A DNA stretch of 64,000 bases, taken from positions 5,755,992-5,819,991 of the forward strand of contig CM119267.1 of the NCBI GenBank assembly GCA_051294375.1, written 5' to 3'. The translations under genes were made by a program, and so were the position numbers. The notes under the pieces were generated by a model. The model had not been told where the DNA came from and searched no databases. It saw only the letters and a list, made by a program, of their open reading frames with translations. The first letter of the stretch is position 1. Every line of letters starts with the position of its first letter. Shown here in pieces: positions 1 to 13,692 of the stretch. This DNA is from Paraspadella gotoi. Lineage: Eukaryota > Animalia > Chaetognatha.

Positions 1-641
1 TTGATGGAAGCTTATTGTAACTGGCAGACCAAATTACAAAGATAATGAGTTTGTCTTCACTTATTTTGTTCTTTTTCCCTTCCAAATTCTTCCCAACTCC
101 TGGTCTGTAAATAACTCAATACGTACTCCTCATCCGTACATAAGTCCGTCCGAGCCAAGAGTCCGAAATCCATCCATCTCTCTGTCCGTATTCCCTAAAG
201 CTCTTGATTTGAGCCGTCCGTTTCCTAACAGACTTCAGTCACCCCTACCCACGAACTTGTTTGCCCCTACCTTTAGTAGCCCTTAAATTATATAACATGA
301 TTAACTTTTTATTTGCCCGATGTCTTTTTAAACCCTATCGTATTAGATTTACAATATTTTTAAAATATTTTTCTAATTTATATTCTCTTATTCTCCATAG
401 CGGTACTCATCAAACCGTTGATACTTCACACTCCTAATTCTTTCCAACTCCTTCAATGTTCCAAGATCTTTTCAAAACTATCCCCCCCCCCGCAAACAAA
501 CTCATTCCTTCCACACGCCTTCAACCTGACCCACTTTCCAGTTCGCCCCCGCCTCTCCCCTTCACCCCAACTCCGCCCCTCGGTTGTCAGTGACCAACGC
601 ATTTTTCTTTCTCTTTCATTTTTCATTCTCTCGGCTCTTTC

Positions 642-713
<72 letters not shown>

Positions 714-806
714 CTCTCTCATTCAACTCCTTTTTTCCATCTTCCATTCTCTTATCCATCTTTTTTTCTCACTCTTCTCTCTCCGTCTCTCTTCTTCTCT
801 CTCTTC

Positions 807-839
<33 letters not shown>

Positions 840-934
840 TGACTTCTTCTTTCTTTTCGTTCCTTTTATTTTCCCCTCGATTCTCTTTCTTTTTTATCTT
901 TTTCACTTTTTTTGTGATTCATCTTTGTTTGTTG

Positions 935-1525
935 CGATCGAGAGAATCACATGTGATCGAGAGAAAATCATCACGTGATCGAGAGAAATCATATATCTTG
1001 ATGTGATAAATTGAATCAAATTATTAAAAAAATCATCACGTTATCAAAAAAAACTATCCCATGTCGAGAGAATCGATACATGTGATCGAGAGAAGATCAT
1101 CAGTGATCAAGAGAATCATCCATGTCGAGAAAACATCATTTTTTCATGTCGATCGAATAGACAATCATCACCCGGGTGATCACGAAGAACATCATCACAT
1201 GATCGAGAGAAATCATCACGTGATCCAGAGAATCATCACTATGATCGGAATAAATCATCATGGTGATCGGATAGAAATCATTCACGTGAATCAAGAGAAT
1301 CATTCACATGATCGAGAGAAATCATCATGTGATCGAGGAGAAATCATCACGTGATCGAGAGAAATCATATCTTGATCGTGATAAATGATCAAATTATTGA
1401 AAAAAAATCATAACGTTATCAAGAAAACTCATCCCATGATCGAGAGAAATCATCAGGTGATCAAGAGAATCATCACATGATCGAGAGAAATCATCATTTG
1501 ATCGAAATAAATCGTCACGTGATCC
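935..1525 (+). repeat. Degenerate ~21-bp minisatellite (GATCGAGAGAAATCATCACGT)n
   Basis: Many tandem copies visible; mirror copy at ~7000-7230. Confidence 0.85.
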
Positions 1526-1599
1526 ATCAGTTCACAAGGACGGAGGCAAAGGAGTTTGATGGTTCTGTCCACAGACGAAACTACGTATGAAGACCCAAA

Positions 1600-1950
1600 T
1601 TTTTAGTTGCGCCGCGAGTACTCGCGGAAGCACCCCTCTCCGGTCTTTTTCGGTCGGTCCTACGACTCCATCATCTGTTCCAACTTCCTCTTTGTTACAA
1701 TCAAATCTAAACGATACATGGCGCCGCCTTTTGTTTTTAAAGAAATCTGAGTAGCAACAGTTTTATGATTTTTTACGACGATCTGTTTTTTTTTATTTAT
1801 TAAAATCATTAACATTTGTTTTTTTCTTCACCCTACACGAAGGTTTACATCATATCTCCAAGATCTTATCCTATCCCGGAATAATATGATATGATAGAAT
1901 ACTAAAGAGTATGCGGCGCAACACCCCTTGGATAACCGTTCCTTGTTTTT
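1600..1950 (+). mobile_element. Non-autonomous Helentron/DINE-like element, family A
   Basis: Begins in a T-run with TTTTAGTTGCG and the palindrome CCGCGAGTACTCGCGG, followed by GGTC repeats; ends CCTTGGATAACCGTTCCTTGTTTTT. Related copies at ~6480-6923 (reverse), 12527-12785 and 61281-61505. Confidence 0.6.
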
Positions 1951-2489
1951 GTTGCACAAAAGTGGTCATCGGTAGTAAACATCGAATCTCCGTCTGGGAT
2001 CTGTAGGTTTGAGTATCTGTCTCGATCTTGTTTGTCAGTTATATTCTTTTTAAATATATATGTAACATTAATCCAGCGTTTAATAAACGGCTTCGCGAGT
2101 GGCGCTGAAAAAGAGTTGGCTTCCCATCGAGCGGATTCCATTATCTTCGACCCGGATACAAAATGGATCGAGAGCCTTTCGCTCAACAATCACTTTATTG
2201 TTGTTCACACCACATATATATAGTTTCGTACAACTCCTCGGTTTCTGCAGCTAACTACGCATCAAAATCCACTCGTGGCCCTTCTTTGACCAGTTGGCAG
2301 CAGGACTGCGGCTTATTGCGGCGCTCCGCGACGTCGCGCGGCGTCGGCTGCGGGCGTCGGCTGCGGCGTTAAACTCATCCCGAACGAGAACTCCCCAAAT
2401 TCCTCGCTTTTTCGATCTGCGCCTCAATGGAATCGAACATGGAATCATTCGTCCTAAATGGAATATTCTTCACATGTCCTCCTTTTCAC

Positions 2490-2525
<36 letters not shown>

Positions 2526-3432
2526 ATGGTCGATTCTGGCAACGCAAAGCGGGATTCCGAAATCCATTAGATTTTTTACGTCAGAAGCAAAGCGAATGAT
2601 TCTTTAGTGTTTTCAATCCTATTATATCCTTTTTATTGTAGACGTGGTAGTATAAAATTGTATATACAATTATTTATTTTGTTAGTTCGAGCTGGTAAAC
2701 GACTCTATTAAGCAATGTGCGATTGAATGGACGAGCCATGGAAACTCGGCCAGCTTTAAGTAAAGATTAATCTCTGTCGTGGACGCAGCTAACGAAGTAT
2801 ATTCTGTGGGACCCGAAAGCAGTGGGAGGCGCAACAATAAAATGATAACACTAAAAACAATTTTCGCGACTCAAGGTTAATAACTATTGCTGTGCATACT
2901 CCCAAGTTGTTTAATTTATAGCATCTATGCAAGCTTCCGCATTCCTCGCCATCCACGTCCGCCTGAAAAGGACCAACGATGACGTCGTCACACGCGGCGA
3001 CGAAATTTGAGGGACAAACTGAGTGGACAAACTGAGTGGACAAACTCGAGCCGACAGGTTTAACGGCGTCAGCGTTGTTGTTGTGACAGTTATTGCCGTT
3101 GTTGTTTTTGTTGTTGTTGTTGTTTACGTTGTGAATACCGCTTCTCCTGTTTTATTTCTACCGTTTAGTATATAAATAAAAGTAAAATGCATAGTATGTA
3201 TTCCATATTCAATTTACTCATAGTACTTGTACTATATACTATATAAGCAAATTCTCATATCTTTATTCTATACCGCTTTGTTTTTACGCTTCTGCTTCCA
3301 TTTCCGCTTCGGCTTTGTCTCCGCTTCCACCGCTTTTATTCTTCCTTCGCCTTCAGACTTCGATGGTCAACGTCCAAAACCTCTTTTGACATTTCCGATC
3401 GTAAACATTTTGACCAGGATGACTTTTTTTCC

Positions 3433-3471
<39 letters not shown>

Positions 3472-3521
3472 CTTTACCAGGATGACTTTTTTTCCTCCTT
3501 TCTCTCCTCTCTCTCTCTATC

Positions 3522-3559
<38 letters not shown>

Positions 3560-6479
3560 TCTCTCTCTCTTTCTCTCACTCTCTGCTTTCCTTCACTCTC
3601 TCTTTCCTTCACTCTCTCAATCTCTTAACAACTCCTTCAGTTTTACTGGGGTATTTGTCATTTTATATAGATTATTTTGTTTAATTGCATACGGTGGAGG
3701 GTGTGAAGTGAGGGGAGCGAAGGCTTGGCGTGGCAGTCTGTGTGGTGTCATTCGTTTCCGAGAGTCAGACGAAGTCGGCGATCTGATGGGTTTATCGTGT
3801 TCGACGGGACCTGAGCAGGTGGAAGAGAGAAAAAAAGAATCAAAAAAAGATTGAAAGAAAAAAAATAGACAGAAAATATGAGAGAAAAAACCAGAGGAAA
3901 CTATATTTTTTTCCCCCTTTTTTAAACTTTGTTAGTTCGTCTTTCTCTTATTTGTTTAATTTCAATTATGAACGTATCCAGGAAGATAGATGGTAATGAG
4001 AAGCTGGTTTCGTGGCCCTTTTGAGCGCTACCGGTGGCCAATAGTGCAGAATTTATTGTTTAAAAGTGCCTTTGACGCTATACTAGTTTGGAGAGAGAGA
4101 ACCGAGAGAGAGCGTGAGAGAGAGACGAGTATAGAGACAGAGAGAGAGAGATGAGATGAGAGATCTTTCGGTACGCATTATTGATGTTAGAGAGTCCCTT
4201 TTTTTGAGCAGAACCGTCCTGGTTAATTTGAGCAGAGTAAGTACTTCAGCTGACTCTTCTGTGTTTGAATAACGACGCGAGTTTCACTCCATCTAACGTC
4301 CGTGTGAATTATTGAGCCGAAGTTGCGTTTTTATATATACTCCAATCGCGCAGAATTGATCACATATATGCAATTAAACAATGAATATCTATATATTAAT
4401 ATGTACAAATTACCCATTTAATAATCTGATGTAACTTGTAATATATTGAAAACTCGAGATGATGAAAGACCTATCGATATGAGAGCAGCGTCCGAGCTCA
4501 GTGTTTGAATGAGATTCTATTATGAGTAGGAAAAAAAAGTCTATCATCTGTCTCGGTTGTGTAAACGGTGTGAGCTGGGTTTTTCTTTAAAAATTTTGAG
4601 GAAGCGAGACGAAGGATAAAAGATCGAGAGAGATTGGGAAGAGAGAGGCCGATGACGCACACGATAGAGATGAGATGACCCGAGAGTGATGAGGATGAAG
4701 AGACGAAGATGAGAGGGAAGAGAGACAAGAATCAGGAGATATAAAATCACCTGGTAAAGAGAGTATGACGAGTACGCCTTCGATCTCAACAGAGAGAGAT
4801 CTGCAGAGAAGGAACGAGGAGAGGATGAGAGCTAGGAAGAGAGAGAAAGAAGAGAAGAGAGAGAGGATGAGCAGAGAGAAGAAGAGCGAAAAAAAGTCAT
4901 CCTGGTCAAAATGTTTACTCATCGAAATGTCAAAAGAGCTTTTGGACCGTGAACCATCGAAGCTGAAGGCAAGAAAGAATAAAAGCGGGTGGAAGGCGGG
5001 AGACACAAGCCGAAGCGGAAATCGGAAGCACTTAAGCGTAAAAACAAAAGCGGTAATAGAATACAGATTGCAGAATTTGCTATATATCTTAGTTAGACAA
5101 GTACTATGAGTAAATTGAATATGAATACATACTATGAATTTCTACTTTTATTTATATACTAAACGAGAAACTAAAACAGAGAAGCGTGTTATATAATTCT
5201 ACAAACGTAAACAAACAACAGACAACTAAAAAACAAACACGGCAATAACTGCACAACAACAACGTCTGACGCCGTTAAACCTGTCGGCTCGAGGCCGTTT
5301 GTCACTCAGTTGTCCCTCAAAATTTCGTCGCCGCGTGTGACAGTCATCGTTGGTCACTTTCAGCGTACGTTGGGATGCGAGAATGCGGCTGGATAGGGCT
5401 GTTAATTAACAACTTGGGAGTAATGCAACAATTTTTAACCTGGTCAGCGAAATTAGTTTTTGAGTGATCATTTTATTGTGCCGACTCCACTTTGCCTTTC
5501 GGTCCCACAGAAATTATATCTCTTACTGCCCACGACGATTGATTAATCTTTACTTAAAATCTGCCGAGTTTCCGATTGGCTCGTCCATTCAAATCGCACA
5601 TTGCTAATAGAGTCGTTTACCAGCTCCGAACTAACAAAATAAATAATTGTTATATACAATTTATACTCCACGTCTACAATAAAAAGGATATAATAGTATT
5701 GAAAAACACTAAATGAATCTATCGCTTTCTTCTGACTTAAGTATCTAATGGGATTGAGAATTCCCCTTTGCGTTTGCCGAGATTTCGCACACCATTTAGG
5801 AGGAGCAGAGAGAGAGAGAGAGACAAGACGGGAGAGACGAGAGAGGAAGAGAAGAGAGAGAGAGAGTAGCAGAAGAGAGAGAAGAGGAAAGAAGGAGAGA
5901 GGGAGAGCAGAGCAACATGAATGAAAGTGAGACATGTATTAACTATCGTCCATTTAGACGAATGAATTTCCATTCGATTTCATTGAGTCGCAATCGAAAA
6001 GCGAGCGAATTTTTGGGATTCTCGTCGGAGATGCATTTTGACGCCGCAGGCCGATCGCCGCCGCAGCCGAACGCCCTGCACGTTCGCGGACGCCGCAAAA
6101 CCGCCAGTCCTGCGCAACTGGTTTCAAAGCATGTGGCCGACGAGTTGATTTGATCGTAGTTAGGTTGCAGAAACCGAGGAGCATTTAGTCCATGAACTAA
6201 TATATGGTTGAACACATTAATAGTATTTTGAGCGAAAGGCTTCTAGATCCATGTTGTATCCGCGGTCGGATAATGAAATCCGCTTTCTCGTTGAGGAAGC
6301 CAATACTCTTTTTTTCAGCGCACTCGCGAAGCCGTTTATTAAAAGCTTGCTTTGATATGTATACATTTATATTTTTAATATAGAATCTAACGACAAACAA
6401 GATCGAGACAGATACTCAAACCTACAGGATCCCAGTACGGAGATTCGATTGTTTACTACCGTGACCGACTTTATTGCAA

Positions 6480-6923
6480 TCAAACACAAGAACGGTATCC
6501 AAGGTGTTGCGCCGCATTTACCTTTTCTTTTAGTTTTTACATTATCTATCATTTATTCCGGTTATAGTTTATTAAGATTTCTTTGCGTAAGATATGATGT
6601 ATTAACCTTTTTTTTGTTGTTAGTTTGATAGCAAAAAAGACCCAAGTTTTAATGATTTTTTTAAAATAAATCAATAATAAAACACAGATCGTTGTAAAAA
6701 ATCATTCAAAACTTTGTTTTTCTACTCAGATTTCTTTTAAAACAAAAAGCGGCGCCAGGATAGTCGTTTAGAGTTTGATTTTAACAAATGAGCAACAACA
6801 CTCATATACAAGTTTTAACGTAACTAGGACAGACTCATGTACCAGACAGACTGACTGACCGATTGGACCGAACCTGAAAAGCTACTTATAGTGTTGCTCC
6901 GCGATACTCGCGCGCAACTAAAA
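6480..6923 (-). mobile_element. Family A element, mirror copy inside the inverted duplication
   Basis: Reverse complement of 1600-1950, with GAC(A/T/C)-type repeats at 6845-6870. Confidence 0.55.
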
Positions 6924-8129
6924 TTTGGTCATCTATACGCTAGTTTCGTCTGGTACAGAAACCATCAAACTCCTTTGCCTCCGTCCTTGTGAACTGTATG
7001 ATCACTACACGACTTTATTTTCGATCAACATATGATTTTCTCGACATGGATGCATTCTCTTGATTCACTGATGATCTTCTCTCGATCACATGTATGATCC
7101 TCGATCATGGGATAGTTTCTTCATCACGTAGATTTTCATCAATAATTTGATTAATTTATCACATCCAAGATAATGATCTTCTCTCGATCACGTGATGATT
7201 TCTCCTCACCACATGATGATTCTCTCATCGCAACAAACAAAGGATGAATCACACAAAAAAGGAAAAACATAAAAAAAAAAGAGAATCGAGGCGAAAATAA
7301 AAGGAACCGAACAAAGACAGAAGTCAGAGAGAGAGACGAAGACATAGAGAGAAAAAGAGCAATCGAGAGAAAGTCGAGAGACAAAAAGATGAGATAAAAA
7401 AAGAGAATCGGGAACATGGAAAAAAGGAGTTGATATGACGAGAGAAGAGAGAAGAGAGAAGAGAGAGAGAGAGAGAGAGANNNNNNNNNNNNNNNNNNNN
7501 NNNNNCGCCCCAACTCTCGTTTCCCAACAGGCTCGTCCACTCGCGGCGACCGATTCCCTCCAGCGGCTCTTCAACGACCGAGTTACCGACTTTCTCTCTC
7601 TCTCTGTCTCTCTTTGTCTCTCTGTCTCTCTCTCTGATTCCCATCGGCTCCACTCAACCGTTCTCACACACACACGTTTTAAAATTACCTTCCGTTTATT
7701 TTCTCGCTTTTCCTCCGATCGAGTCTGCCGTGTGTGCCGTAACCCTGTGTGTGTCATAACCCTCTCTCATTTCTCTAAATTAAAATTCAGAATTACTTAA
7801 TATCTAAATTAACCGACATTCCTTTTCTACTTATATCCCTGCCCATAATTTTTTTAAAAAACGATACGTTTATTATAGCATTTTCTTTCGATGCCGCTCT
7901 TTGCGCATGCGCCTCTTATACGACATTCCTAGCGAACTCAGTTTTATGCACGCGAGACGTCAATGATTTTTGAACCCAAAGAAAGCGGCTGATTTTGTTA
8001 GCCTTAATCTCTGTACCAAACCCTTTCTGCTTTAGTCTTTCTGCTTTTGTCTGATAACACACGTTTCTTATGCTTCCACTTGTTCCTCTGTACCGCTACT
8101 ACTGTACACTATTATACTTTTCAATTCGC

Positions 8130-8470
8130 CTCTTCGCATCCGCTTTTCGCTTCCCCACTGAACGCTTCCAGGCATCCCCTTTTCGCATCCCCGTTGCCAC
8201 TAATCGCTTTCCCACATTCATTTTTTGACTCCTTACTGCCACTGATCACTTCTTCGCATCTGTTTTTCACATCCCCGCTGCTACTGATCGCTTCCTCCTA
8301 TCCCCTTTTCGAATTCACGCTGCCACTGTTTGCTTCCATACATCCTCTTTTCAAATCCCCATTGCTACTACAGTACTACACTCTTACTCCTGCTCCACTT
8401 TTTATCCCCGCTGCCACTGATCGCTTCCTCGCATCCCCTTTTTGCATCCCCGCTGCCACTGATCGCTTTC
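8130..8470 (+). repeat. Degenerate ~42-bp minisatellite (GCATCCCCTTTTTGCATCCCCGCTGCCACTGATCGCTTCC..)
   Basis: About 7 diverged units; they produce the HPLFASPLPLIA repeats in the spurious ORF 8047-8820. Confidence 0.75.
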
Positions 8471-9499
8471 CGCTGCTCCGCTTCACTTCTCCTCTTCACG
8501 CTTCGCTTCCCTGTGAAGGAGAGGCGGCCACCCGCTCTGGCCCGTCGTCATCGTCTCTCCCACTCACGGAGCCCGTGCCTCGGCCGCCGCTCGCCGCCCG
8601 TTGCCGCCCGCCGCCACCGCCGCCGCCACCGCCACCGCCACTACTTCGTTTTCCCTCTCTCTCTCTCTTTCTCTCTTTCCCTTTTCCCTCATTGACTTTT
8701 TCCTTTTATTTTCTTTTTCCTTTTATTTCACCAACTGCACTCTTGTTTCTTTTGTCTTCCTCGAACACTTTTCCCTTTTCATTAATTCCCATTCTCCCAT
8801 TTCTATCGATGGGCCATTGATCCAAGTCTTACATTCTACCTTAGATTACATTAGTTTACATTAGTCGTTCAGTTGACTCAATCTTTCCATTTGAAACATG
8901 ATTTTCATTGTATAATTTTTTCTTTTAGCGATTCATTCGTTCTTGACCTATTTTATTCCAGCCATTTGAACGCACTTTCGGCTTCCTTACCTTCTCCCTT
9001 ATACCTTACCCCCGTCATCAAACGTTCTTTTCTCACCCTCTTCCCCTCTTCTCTCTCTCTCACTTACCCTCGCGCGGGGGCTTTCAGAGGAACGGCAGTC
9101 GGGGTATATAATTGTCGAACGCGGCAGTGTCGAAGACGGAGTGTCTGGGTCGGTCATAGATTCAGCCAAAGGAATAACTTTATGAAAAACCGAGTGGGCG
9201 CAAGACGGGGCGCGATACTAAAAGGGCTTGGAGCGTTTGTCTCGAGGTGACGTGGTTTCGGACGAAAGGGGGAAGAGGGCACCGAATTAGGAGGGGGTTG
9301 GTTCGACGGTCGCGGGAGACGAAAGTAAGGGGTGTCCACGCAAGGGGGCGTTCGGCCTAAGGGGGGAAGGAGTCGGCGGCGGCGGCATCTCCCGACATCA
9401 TCATATTCAAGGGCTGATCCCTCAAGGAACATGAAACTAATGACGCGCGGACCGACTCTCCACTCTCTCTTCTCAACTCTCTCTCCTCCAATTCTCTCT

Positions 9500-9556
<57 letters not shown>

Positions 9557-10482
9557 CCCCCCCCTCCTCCCACGCCGTCCCCCGCGCTAGAAAATTTTTT
9601 TGAAAATGAAAAATACGAATTTTGATAATATTTTGCTGTTNNNNNNNNNNNNNNNNNNNNNNNNNNNNNNNNNNNNNNNNNNNNNNNNNNNNNNNNNNNN
9701 NNNNNNNNNNNNNNNNNNNNNNNNNNNNNNNNNNNNNGGGGCCTTTGGGAAACATTTAAGGCGTCGATCGGAGACGCGAAGTCGGAAAGATGGCGCTGGT
9801 GCGGTGGTTGGAAAAAGTCGAAAATGTTTTGGAGGATTCGTTTCGTGAATTATGATTAAATGTGGGTCGTGTTTGAAATTGTTCTTTTACGAAAACAATT
9901 TTTAAAAAATTAAAACAAAATTCATTATGTCTCTAGCGTTCCACTATCTTGCATCGCTGTTAACGAGTTTCTTCGTTTAAAACGAACTTAACGTTTAATA
10001 CTTGTTATTTTCCCCGCAGAAAATATATCTGAAAATATTCCTGACAATATTCCTGACAACACTTGATAAAACTTAGATGCCAAATGGAAAGATGCATAAT
10101 CTTTAATAATCACTCGAAACAAACGCGCGTGAAAGAGACAAATATAGATTAAGTAGATCGCGAGGGAAAACGAAGTTGAGGTCAGAGAAAAGGAGAGGGG
10201 CGGAACGGAGGGTAGAGGGGGCGGCGGATTGGGGGGGGGCTGAGAGAGGAGGCGAGGTTCCGGGGAGGGGAGGAGCCGGATGGTCAAGGGTCGCATCGGT
10301 CACCGTCCGCCTCTCAAAACGAAAAGACCTTTCGCTCCACTTCCTTTTTATGTTTCCCACTCGGCCGCTTTTCGCTCTCTCTCTCTCGTTCTCGTTGTCT
10401 CGCTCTCTCTCTTTTCTATCTCTCTCTTTTTTTCTCTCTCTCTGTCTCTCTCTCTCTCCTTCCTTTTTTTTGTTTCTTTCTT

Positions 10483-10590
<108 letters not shown>

Positions 10591-12396
10591 TCAATTTCTC
10601 ATTCCCCCCCGCTCTCCTCTCTTTTTTTCTATTCTCGGCTTTCCGCCTTTTTTTCCCTTTTCNNNNNNNNNNNNNNNNNNNNNNNNNNNNNNNNNNNNNN
10701 NNNNNNNNNNNNNNNNNNNNNNNNNNNNNNNNNNNNNNNNNNNNNNNNNNNNNNNNNNNNNNNNNNNNNNNNNNNNNNNNNNNNNNNNNNNNNNNNNNNN
10801 NNNNNNNNNNNNNNNNNNNNNNNNNNNNNNNNNNNNNNNNNNNNNNNNNNNNNNNNNNNNNNNNNNNNNNNNNNNNNNNNNNNNNNNNNNNNNNNNNNNN
10901 NNNNNNNNNNNNNNNNNNNNNNNNNNNNNNNNNNNNNNNNNNNNNNNNGCTGAGGACATAGGGTAGTAGGGCGTGGATGTAAGTGGCGCTTTGGATGAGT
11001 TTAGACAAAGAGTTCGGGTTTTATATGATTTAGTCGGAAAAAGGAAAACTTTTGTTTCGGCTACGATCGATTTTAATAATAAAATCGATCATGTTTCGGC
11101 TTTTTTTTTCCTCAAGTCAACAACGAAACAAAAAGAGAGAAAAAACGCGATGAGTTAGTTCGTATTCGAGAGAAAGTTTGAGGAAAAATAGGCTTCGAAC
11201 TAAAAAAAAATACGCGAGAATATTTGATTGGTTGAACATTGAACAATCAAGGAAAAAAAAGGGAAAGGCAAAGAGGAGATAAGAAAAAATGAAGTGAAGG
11301 AAAAAAGGAGGGAAATGAAAATGAAAAGGAAGGATGAAAAGGAAAAGAATGGAAGAGAAGAACTCATTGGAAGGATCACTCGAACAAGTAAGGGAAAGAA
11401 AGGATGAAAGAGAAAAAAGAAAAGGATGATGTAAAAAGAAAGGATGAAAAAAAACAAAATATAAAGAAAAGAAAGACTCAAGGAAGAAAGGATGGAAAAA
11501 AAAAGGGAGAGAAAAAAAAGAAAAGGATAAAATAAAAGAGAGATGGGGAAGGAAGGTAAAAATAAAAGCGGAGAAAGTCGAGCAAACTCGTGACCCGAGA
11601 CTCGGAGAAAAAAAAGGAAAGAAGCGATAAAACAAAAGTGTTGCACGTTTTGAGAGGAGAAAGGGAAGGGGGGGGAGGTGGAAGAGAAATGAATGACGTG
11701 GAAAGAAGGAAAGTTTGTGAGTCGCGACGAAGGTGAGAAAAATTCACAAGTGAAATGTTTTTTTTTCCTTCGATGTCACGTGAATTCCGTTGTGGGCACG
11801 TGGTCGGTAGTCACTGGTCAGGGCCAGGATTTGTAAATCACCAAAAGATAGTATATCAATAATTCAGTCAAGTTGCAATACATCATTGTTACCGTCACGC
11901 ATGATTTTTGTCCAACGCATATAACCCGGAAAAAAGTGATCATTTTTATTTCTGGAATTGAAAAGAAAGTTAAATCGATCTTAGTGAAAATCTTTCGAGA
12001 GATTGACAAAGAAAAAGCTGCAGTGAACGAGGACGACGACGACGACGACGACGACGACAAAACAAAAAAACAAAGTTCGCCAAAACAAGTCACGTCTAGT
12101 TTTTCCCCATTTTTAATCCCGAGTTTTTTTTTTGTTTTTTTTTGGCTCAAATTCTTTTCAGGTTTTTCGACGAATTCGTGTTTTTTTAGTCGCGTTGAGA
12201 CGAGAATCCATGTAAGGCGCGTTTTTGGTCGGTCTGTCTGTTGGTATATAATAGTAGAAGCTAAGAATGGGTTAAGATTTAGAGATAAATTTTTTTTTTA
12301 AATTTTAAAAAAGAAAGTAAGAAATAAAAAATGAAAAGAAGAGAGAAAGAAAGAAAAAACAAAGCAAGAAAGAAAGAAAGATAGATGGAGAGACAT

Positions 12397-12430
<34 letters not shown>

Positions 12431-12526
12431 NNNNNNNNNNNNNNNNNNNNNNNNNNNNNNNNNNNNNNNNNNNNNNNNNNNNNNNNNNNNNNNNNNNNNN
12501 NNNNNNNNNNNNNNNNNNNNNNNNNN

Positions 12527-12785
12527 NCGCGGAGCAACTCTATAAGTCACTTTTCGGTTGGTCTGTCCATCGGTATGTCTGTCCATCGGTCTATCCCACT
12601 TATATTAAAAACGCTTTTAATTTGCCTATAGTTTGTTGCTAATTTGTTAAAAATCAAATCTAAGCGACTACTGGCGCCGCCTTTTGTTTTTAAAAAATCT
12701 TATAAACTATAAGGAATAAATAACATGATAAGTAAAAATAAAAGTAATGCGGCACAAAACCTTGGAATAACCGTTCCTTGTTTTT
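12527..12785 (+). mobile_element. Family A Helentron/DINE-like element, 5' end lost in an N-gap
   Basis: GCGGAGCAACTCTATAAGTCACTTTTCGGT, GTCY repeats and the 3' end CCTTGGAATAACCGTTCCTTGTTTT are shared with the 1600 and 61281 copies. Confidence 0.65.
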
Positions 12786-13579
12786 TTTTCACAATTTTCC
12801 TCTCAATTCATTTATTTCGATTCATTTCAAGTCATTTTTTAATTTTTTTATTCTTACCACCTGACTTCACTTACCCCATTTCCCTTACTCATAACCTCGC
12901 TTTGAGCTTTTAATCCACATTCACTGTATTTCGTGCGTTTCCTCGCTTTAAATTTTCCATTAATATTTCCGTTCTTTTTCGTTTTAAATTCCGATCCTTA
13001 TATTTTTTTTTTTAATTCTTTTTCATAATTTTTTTTTTTATCCTTTCGCAATTAATATTTTTTTCCCCACTCAAATCTTTTTTTCCTTAATTTTTCTTCC
13101 AACTCTGTCGAGCTTTGCTTAAAATGAAAAAAAAAATATAGAAATGAGAAAAAAAAAATATTCATGACTCTCATTCACTGAAAAATATGGATTTTGGTAA
13201 AATGAAAATTAATAGAGGAACCGAGGAGCGACGCACTTTACCAACTGCGCGAAACAGTTTGTGATAAAATAAAACCATTATCATTTAACGTTTCCAGAAA
13301 GTTAATGAACGAAAATTAATAATTAACGAACTTGTACGTATAAGAACTGTAAAACTGTATTTTGTAAAAATAGATTTTAGGAAAGTGAAATTTGTGTAAT
13401 TTTTCTGGTTGTCCTTTGTCGATTTTGTCGGCAGCGAGCAGCAGCAGCAGCTGCCAGAAAAATTCGTCGGCGGCAGTCGTCGTCGGTAAAACCGCCAAAT
13501 TGAATATTTTGATGGTTTTTGCCAGTTTGTTTAACGGGTTGACTCTGTACGGCCTGTCAGTCGAGAGGGACAGCTACAG

Positions 13580-13692
13580 GCATTGTTCATTAGCATTGTC
13601 ATTGTTCATTGGCATTGCACATTGTCTTGGCATTGTCATTGCATTGCATTGTCATTGTATTGGCATTGGACATTGCATTGCATTGGCCATTG
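13580..13692 (+). repeat. Degenerate (CATTG)n repeat
   Basis: Direct reading. Confidence 0.75.

Larger units (their letters stand above)
700..7479. repeat. Large imperfect inverted duplication (arms ~700-3560 and ~4720-7479, ~1 kb non-matching spacer)
   Basis: 1520-1630 (ttcacaaggacggaggcaaaggagtttgat) is the reverse complement of 6890-7000; 3300-3430 matches 4880-5020; 840-950 matches 7220-7325. Differences are mostly small indels. Confidence 0.9.

Noticed and set aside
8130-8470. Minus-strand translation EAISGSGDAKRGC repeats resembling a neuropeptide precursor
   Set aside because: Stops interrupt the frame, there is no signal peptide, and the KR sites are not conserved; treated as a minisatellite.
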